From assembly GCA_002317325.1 (NCBI GenBank), contig DCJB01000092.1, positions 395 through 64,394 on the forward strand: a stretch of 64,000 nt of DNA, read 5' to 3'. The stretch comes from Bacteroidales bacterium UBA1711. Lineage in GTDB: Bacteria; Bacteroidota; Bacteroidia; Bacteroidales; P3. This document shows positions 55,210 to 64,000 of this stretch, in pieces. The notes beneath the pieces were generated by a model. That model made no database searches. It was not told where the DNA came from and was given only the letters and a program-made list of their open reading frames with translations. The number at the start of each line of letters is the position of its first letter. The first letter of the stretch is position 1. A program made the position numbers and the translations under genes.

Positions 55210-56292
55210 TCACTCGCCATCGGCCGAGAGGTGGGCCATTTCCACATCGGAGGCGAACTTGACAATGAGGTCTTCGCGGTTGCGGCGGCACACCAGCAGC
55301 GTCTTGCAGTCGCCGGCCACCACATAGCCGTCCAGTCCCTGCAGCACCACGTTCATTCCCGCGGGCAGGTGCACCACCGAGTCCTTCACATCGTAGGCGA
55401 AGACCTTGCCCGAGACCAAGGCGTTGCCCTCGGGGTCGTGCGGATAGGAGTTGTAGAGTGTATCCCACGACTCCACATCGGACCAGCCAAACGAGGCCTC
55501 CTGCACAAACACGTTGTCCGCCTTCTCCATAATGCCGTAGTCCACCGAAATGGTCTCGCACTGCGAGAAGATGCGTTCCAGTTCTTCGGAACTGGTGCGG
55601 GCGGTGATTTGGAAGAAGTCGCGGCCGATGGCCGGGAGGTAGGTCTCAAACGCCTTGCGGAGCGTGGAGAGCCGCCACACAAACAGTCCGGCATTCCAGA
55701 AGAACTCGCCCGAGGCGATGAACTGGCGCGACACCTCGATAGGCGGCTTTTCGGTGAAAGTGACCACCCGGTGGAAATTGTCCATCCCGGGCAGTGCCGC
55801 CTCTTCGGCAAACTGTATGTATCCGTACTTGGTGTTTGGATTGGTAGGGCGGACGCCAAGAGTGACGATATAGTCGTTCTTCTCAGAAATGGCGAGGGCC
55901 TGCTCAATGTCCGCCACAAACCGCTCCTCATTGAAGACGGCGTGGTCGGAGGGGGAGACGACAATGTTTGCCTCGGGATTGACAGCTGCAATGATAGAGG
56001 CGGCGTATGCGATACAGGGCGCCGTGTTGCGACGGGAGGGTTCGCACAGCACCTGCTCGGGTCGGAGTCCTTTGATTTGCTCCCGCACCCCGTTGCAGTA
56101 TAGCTCGTTGGTGACGATGTAGATATTCTCGCGGGGGCAGATGGCCTCAAAACGTTTGAAGGTGGACTGGAGCATAGAGCGTCCGTTTCCCAAAAGGTCT
56201 AAAAACTGCTTGGGTCTCTCGGGCGAGCAAATGGGCCAGAAGCGGCTTCCAAAGCCGCCCGCCATGATAATGCAATAGTTGTTATTATTCAA
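55210..56292 (-). CDS. mannose-1-phosphate guanylyltransferase
   Basis: YCIIMAGGFGSRFWP. Only a TTG at 56292 can include the conserved YCII strand; the first ATG would truncate it. Confidence 0.85.
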   Translation of the reverse strand: MNNNNYCIIMAGGFGSRFWPICSPERPKQFLDLLGNGRSMLQSTFKRFEAICPRENIYIVTNELYCNGVREQIKGLRPEQVLCEPSRRNTAPCIAYAASIIAAVNPEANIVVSPSDHAVFNEERFVADIEQALAISEKNDYIVTLGVRPTNPNTKYGYIQFAEEAALPGMDNFHRVVTFTEKPPIEVSRQFIASGEFFWNAGLFVWRLSTLRKAFETYLPAIGRDFFQITARTSSEELERIFSQCETISVDYGIMEKADNVFVQEASFGWSDVESWDTLYNSYPHDPEGNALVSGKVFAYDVKDSVVHLPAGMNVVLQGLDGYVVAGDCKTLLVCRRNREDLIVKFASDVEMAHLSADGE

Positions 56293-56323
56293 TTGTACAG
56301 TGGTGTATTAGGGGAGGAGTTAC

Positions 56324-57118
56324 TCAAACGCTCACCGCCCCTTTGATGTGGGGGTGAGGGTTGTAGCCCTCCAGTTGGAAGTCGTCGAAGTCGAAGTCGA
56401 AGATATTCTTTTTCTCGGGGTTGAGGTGCATGACAGGCAGCGGCCGCGGGTCGCGGGTCAGCTGCAGCCGGCACTGCTCGATGTGGTTGTTGTAGATGTG
56501 GGCGTCGCCGAGCGTATGTACGAAGTCGCCATAACCAAGTCCGCACACCTGGGCAATCATCATGGTAAAGAGCGCGTAGGAGGCGATATTGAACGGCACG
56601 CCGAGAAAGATGTCGGCCGACCGCTGGTAGAGCTGGCAGCTCAGCCGCCCATCGGCCACATAGAACTGAAACAGAATGTGGCATGGCGGGAGGCGCATTT
56701 GGTCGAGTTGGCCCACATTCCAAGCCGAGACGAGGAGCCGCCGCGAGTCGGGGTTGGTCTTGATGTCGCGGATGAGGTTGCTAATCTGGTCCACCGAGGT
56801 GCCGTCGGCACAGCCCCACGAGCGCCACTGACTCCCGTAGATAGGTCCCAGCTCGCCGTCGGGGTCGGCCCACTCGTCCCAAATCGTCACCTTGTGATCA
56901 TGGAGGTAGCGGACGTTGGTGTCGCCCCGCAAAAACCAGAGCAACTCGTAGATGATAGAGCGCAGATGCAGCTTCTTAGTGGTGAGGAGGGGGAATCCGT
57001 CGTCCAAGCGGAACCTCATCTGATAGCCGAAAGTGCTGACGGTGCCCGTACCCGTGCGGTCGCTCTTGGGCACACCTTCATCGAGCACATGCTGCAGCAA
57101 ATCGAGGTATTGTTTCAT
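56324..57118 (-). CDS. thyA: thymidylate synthase
   Basis: Contains [15 protein letters not shown] and LPPCH. 264 aa. Confidence 0.98.
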   Translation of the reverse strand: MKQYLDLLQHVLDEGVPKSDRTGTGTVSTFGYQMRFRLDDGFPLLTTKKLHLRSIIYELLWFLRGDTNVRYLHDHKVTIWDEWADPDGELGPIYGSQWRSWGCADGTSVDQISNLIRDIKTNPDSRRLLVSAWNVGQLDQMRLPPCHILFQFYVADGRLSCQLYQRSADIFLGVPFNIASYALFTMMIAQVCGLGYGDFVHTLGDAHIYNNHIEQCRLQLTRDPRPLPVMHLNPEKKNIFDFDFDDFQLEGYNPHPHIKGAVSV

Positions 57119-57274
57119 TATCGGTTATTCAATATGCAGTTATTTTGGCAGCAGTCTGCCGCAACGCCTCCTGCGAGCCTTCCCTTGGCACCCGCCCCCG
57201 CTGAGTGTCCACTGGTCATACGCAGAAAGTCATCAGGAGTTAACGCCACTGGAGCATGAATATTGCGCGTCCGC

Positions 57275-57314
57275 CAAAAAAGAAATCGCCCCGCTTCCGA
57301 ACCGGGCGCGGGGT
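57275..57314 (-). terminator. intrinsic terminator of the DegT gene
   Basis: Stem CACCCCGC...GCGGGGCG followed on the minus strand by ATTTCTTTTTT. Confidence 0.55.
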
Positions 57315-57356
57315 GCGCGTCCGAAGTGCGGCAGCGGGGCGAAAGGAGGAATCAGA

Positions 57357-58709
57357 CTATCGGACAATGGCTTCGCGAATGCAGTCCACAATGTAGCGCA
57401 CATCATCGTCGCTCACACACGGACCTGCGGGAATGCAGACACCCTGCTTGAACAACGCCTCGCTCACGCCGTTGACATAGGCGGCCATCTTAGGACCTTC
57501 CCTCAGCACAAAGCCGTCGCCCTCCGAGACCGCAGCCCCGCCGTTATACACGGGGTGGCAGTGCATGGGCTTCCACACAGGGCGGGCCTCCACCTTGCGT
57601 TGGAGCATGAAGACGCGCAGTGCCTCCACATTGTCGTTGGGCTGGCAATCGGTGACGGGCGAATCGACCATGCGGATAACGCCTGCCGCGCCGCCCACGG
57701 CGGTTTTCTCCACCTCCTTGTAGGCATTCTCCTGTCCCTGAATGCGAAGGTCGGAGTCGAGGGTGACGGTGCAGAGCCAGAAGTTTGAGTCGTAAGCCTT
57801 GTGACCCTCCTTGTCGTCGGGATGGGCGGGAGCCTCATGGAGAGTCACGCCGGGAACATCCTTCAGCAGCCGGCCGTAGAGTTCCTGCACATGCTTGTGG
57901 TGGGCAATATGGTCGTCGGCCACCGTCATTTGCCCGATGCCGATACCGGCACAAACGTTGCTCATGCGGTAGTTGTAGCCGATGGCGGAATGCTGGTAAT
58001 AGGGGTAGGCGTCGCGTGCCTGAGTGGCGTACCACATGATAGAATCCTTCTGCTCCTTGGTGGAGCAAATCAGTGCGCCGCCGCCGCTGGTGGTAATCAT
58101 CTTGTTGCCGTTGAAACTCAGCACGCCGAAGCGTCCGAAGGTACCCAGCACGCGCCCTTTCCAGCAGGAGCCGAAGCCCTCGGCGGCATCTTCAATGACG
58201 GGTATGCCGTAGCGGTCAGCAATCTCCATGATGCGGTCCACATCGTAAGGCATACCATAGAGGGCAACGGGAACAATGGCCTTTGGGGCGCGGCCCGTCT
58301 TGGCAATACGGTCCTTGATGGCCGCCTCCAGCAGGGTGGGGTCCATATTCCACGAACCCGGCTCGGAGTCAATAAATATCGGCTTGGCACCGAGATAGGC
58401 GATGGGGTGCGACGAGGCACAGAAAGTAAACGACTGGACACACACCTCATCGCCCGGCTGCACACCGCACGCAATCAGCGACAGGTGGACGGCCGCCGTG
58501 CCGGCACTGAGCGCCACCACCATTTTTTCCTGCCGTTGTCCACTGCCCGGCATACGGTTGACAAACCTCTCCAAATCGGCCTCAAACTGGTTCACATTCG
58601 GACCGAGCGGCACCACATAGTTGTCGTCAAAAGCCTTCTGAATATACTTCTTTTCAATGCCGGCCTCGCTCATGTGGGCGAGACAGAGGTTTATCATCTT
58701 TCTTTCCAT
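57357..58709 (-). CDS. DegT/DnrJ/EryC1/StrS family aminotransferase
   Basis: LSFNGNKMITTSGGG (PLP-binding Lys region). ATG at 58709 or 58697; the track start is a TTG. Confidence 0.85.
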   Translation of the reverse strand: MERKMINLCLAHMSEAGIEKKYIQKAFDDNYVVPLGPNVNQFEADLERFVNRMPGSGQRQEKMVVALSAGTAAVHLSLIACGVQPGDEVCVQSFTFCASSHPIAYLGAKPIFIDSEPGSWNMDPTLLEAAIKDRIAKTGRAPKAIVPVALYGMPYDVDRIMEIADRYGIPVIEDAAEGFGSCWKGRVLGTFGRFGVLSFNGNKMITTSGGGALICSTKEQKDSIMWYATQARDAYPYYQHSAIGYNYRMSNVCAGIGIGQMTVADDHIAHHKHVQELYGRLLKDVPGVTLHEAPAHPDDKEGHKAYDSNFWLCTVTLDSDLRIQGQENAYKEVEKTAVGGAAGVIRMVDSPVTDCQPNDNVEALRVFMLQRKVEARPVWKPMHCHPVYNGGAAVSEGDGFVLREGPKMAAYVNGVSEALFKQGVCIPAGPCVSDDDVRYIVDCIREAIVR

Positions 58710-58783
58710 AGGGATGGGTGTTAGTGGGTGTTTGTTCAATCAAAAGTCCGTCAAAGGCAACGCACTGACGGCTTTTGAGTCTG

Positions 58784-58791
58784 CAAAGGTA
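58784..58791 (-). promoter_or_regulatory. -7 box (TACCTTTG on the minus strand) for the DegT aminotransferase
   Basis: About 75 nt upstream of the ATG at 58709. Confidence 0.5.
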
Positions 58792-58946
58792 CACATATTT
58801 TCCGAAAAAATGGGATTCTGTCGCCAAATACTTCTCCCGAGGATTCGCAGACAGTACCCAACACACACATGACAAACCATATACGCACTGCAAAAAAACG
58901 GATACCGCGAGCGGGTGCATACAGTGCCGCCCCGCCTGGCAGCCGC

Positions 58947-59921
58947 CTACCAGCCAGCGTTGCCACTCTCTATCTGGTCGAAGATGCCGAGGTAGTTGCG
59001 GTAGCGCTCCTCGGCTATGTCGCCCCGTTCCACGGCCTCCTTCACCGCGCAGCGGGGTTCGTGGCGGTGGGTGCAGTTGGCAAAATGGCAGCCCCCCAGC
59101 ACCGCCCGCATCTCGGGGTAGAAGTGCGAGAGCTCCTCGGGGGTGAAATCCACCATGCCGAACTCCTTGATGCCCGGCGTGTCAATGAGGTAGGTGACAG
59201 ACTCTTCGCCCGGCAGGGGCAGCCGGATGGGGAAAATCTCGGCGAAGGTGGTGGTGTGGCGCCCCTTGAGGCTCCAGTCGCTCACCTCGCCCACTCGGAG
59301 GTTGAGTCCGGGCGAAAGGGCGTTGAGCAGGGCCGACTTGCCCACGCCCGAGTGGCCGCTGAAAAGCACCGTCTGCCCCGCCACGGCCCGCCGCAGGTCG
59401 TCCAGCCCCGCGCCGTCGAGCGCCGACACCTCGAAGACGGGATAGCCAGCCCCTTCGTAGAGCCTCTGGGCTTGGGTCTGCGCCTCGAGCAACTCGCCGC
59501 GGCAGAGGTCGGTTTTGTTAAAGACGACACAGGCGGGGATGCGATAGGCCTCGGCCGTCACAAGCAGACGGTCGATGAAACCCGTGGAAGTGCGGGGAAA
59601 GGCCAGCGTGGCCACGATGCAGAGGCGGTCGATGTTGGCGGCAATGACGTGGGTCTGCTTGCTGAGTTTAGTGGCCTTACGCACAATGTAGTTGCGGCGG
59701 TCGCGCACCTCGGCGATGACGCCAGTGCCGTCGGGCTGCATTTCATACTCCACCCAGTCGCCCACAGCCACGGGGTTGGTCTGCTTGTTGCCCCGCAGCC
59801 GGTAGTTGCCCCGCAGCCGGCAGTCGGCCGCTTCCGCCGACAGGGCGGGCGCACACCCCTGCTCCCCGGCCGGAAGTACACGGTACCAGCTGCCCGTTGT
59901 TCTGATGACTAAACCTATCAT
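58947..59921 (-). CDS. rsgA: ribosome small-subunit-dependent GTPase A
   Basis: GHSGVGKSALLNAL and zinc motif CHFANCTHRHEPRCAV. Start MIGLVIRTTGSWYRV. Confidence 0.9.
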   Translation of the reverse strand: MIGLVIRTTGSWYRVLPAGEQGCAPALSAEAADCRLRGNYRLRGNKQTNPVAVGDWVEYEMQPDGTGVIAEVRDRRNYIVRKATKLSKQTHVIAANIDRLCIVATLAFPRTSTGFIDRLLVTAEAYRIPACVVFNKTDLCRGELLEAQTQAQRLYEGAGYPVFEVSALDGAGLDDLRRAVAGQTVLFSGHSGVGKSALLNALSPGLNLRVGEVSDWSLKGRHTTTFAEIFPIRLPLPGEESVTYLIDTPGIKEFGMVDFTPEELSHFYPEMRAVLGGCHFANCTHRHEPRCAVKEAVERGDIAEERYRNYLGIFDQIESGNAGW

Positions 59922-60041
59922 ACGCCTCCATAACGCAGTTTCGGCATCCATATTTTACCCGAGCCGCCTTTTTCGCGAAAAGCGAGGATAGTAGATAACA
60001 GAGGGATGCGAGGGGGCGGGGAAAGGACGCAAGATTTCTGA

Positions 60042-63989
<3,948 letters not shown>

Positions 63990-64000
63990 CCCCTAACAAA

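Overview
This is a densely coding 64-kb window from a high-GC (about 60%) Bacteroidota, probably Bacteroidales-like, chromosome. The lineage call rests on three things: three proteins end in T9SS (Por) C-terminal sorting domains, many genes are preceded by the Bacteroidetes -7 promoter box TAnnTTTG, and leaders are A-rich without Shine-Dalgarno sequences. I call about 53 protein genes. Most are core housekeeping: nth, aroE, prfA, an EF-G paralog, rpmH, rlmD, apbE, yicC, tadA, rplM-rpsI-rpsB-tsf, rnhA, prmC, dtd, a UvrD-type helicase, ribD, asnS, thyA, rsgA and a 1301-aa GH2 beta-galactosidase. Envelope functions are also present (ABC-2 exporter, BatA-like protein, flippase, LTA-synthase-like sulfatase, GT2, DegT aminotransferase, mannose-1-P guanylyltransferase). 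Three unrelated restriction-modification cassettes are embedded in this core. (1) 983-3198: a small ORF, an SPPY amino-methyltransferase and a NotI-family nuclease, next to a T5orf172/GIY-YIG gene. (2) 28400-30940: an AT-rich island with a tentatively HaeIII-like nuclease followed by a Dcm methylase that carries an unexplained 190-aa C-terminal domain. (3) 40184-43078: a BcgI-like type IIB pair, followed by about 700 bp of non-coding DNA. The most unusual non-genic signal is a family of heptanucleotide tandem arrays (TCACAAY / GTGAAYY) at gene boundaries, the longest with 18 copies at 34067-34192. I saw no rRNA, tRNA, CRISPR array, integrase or classical transposase; one Rpn-family PD-(D/E)xK gene is present. 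The many long antisense ORFs in the track are GC-driven shadows of real genes. I did not find a clear-cut novel multi-gene system. The best leads are the Dcm C-terminal domain, the small ORF leading the NotI-like cassette, and the heptamer arrays.
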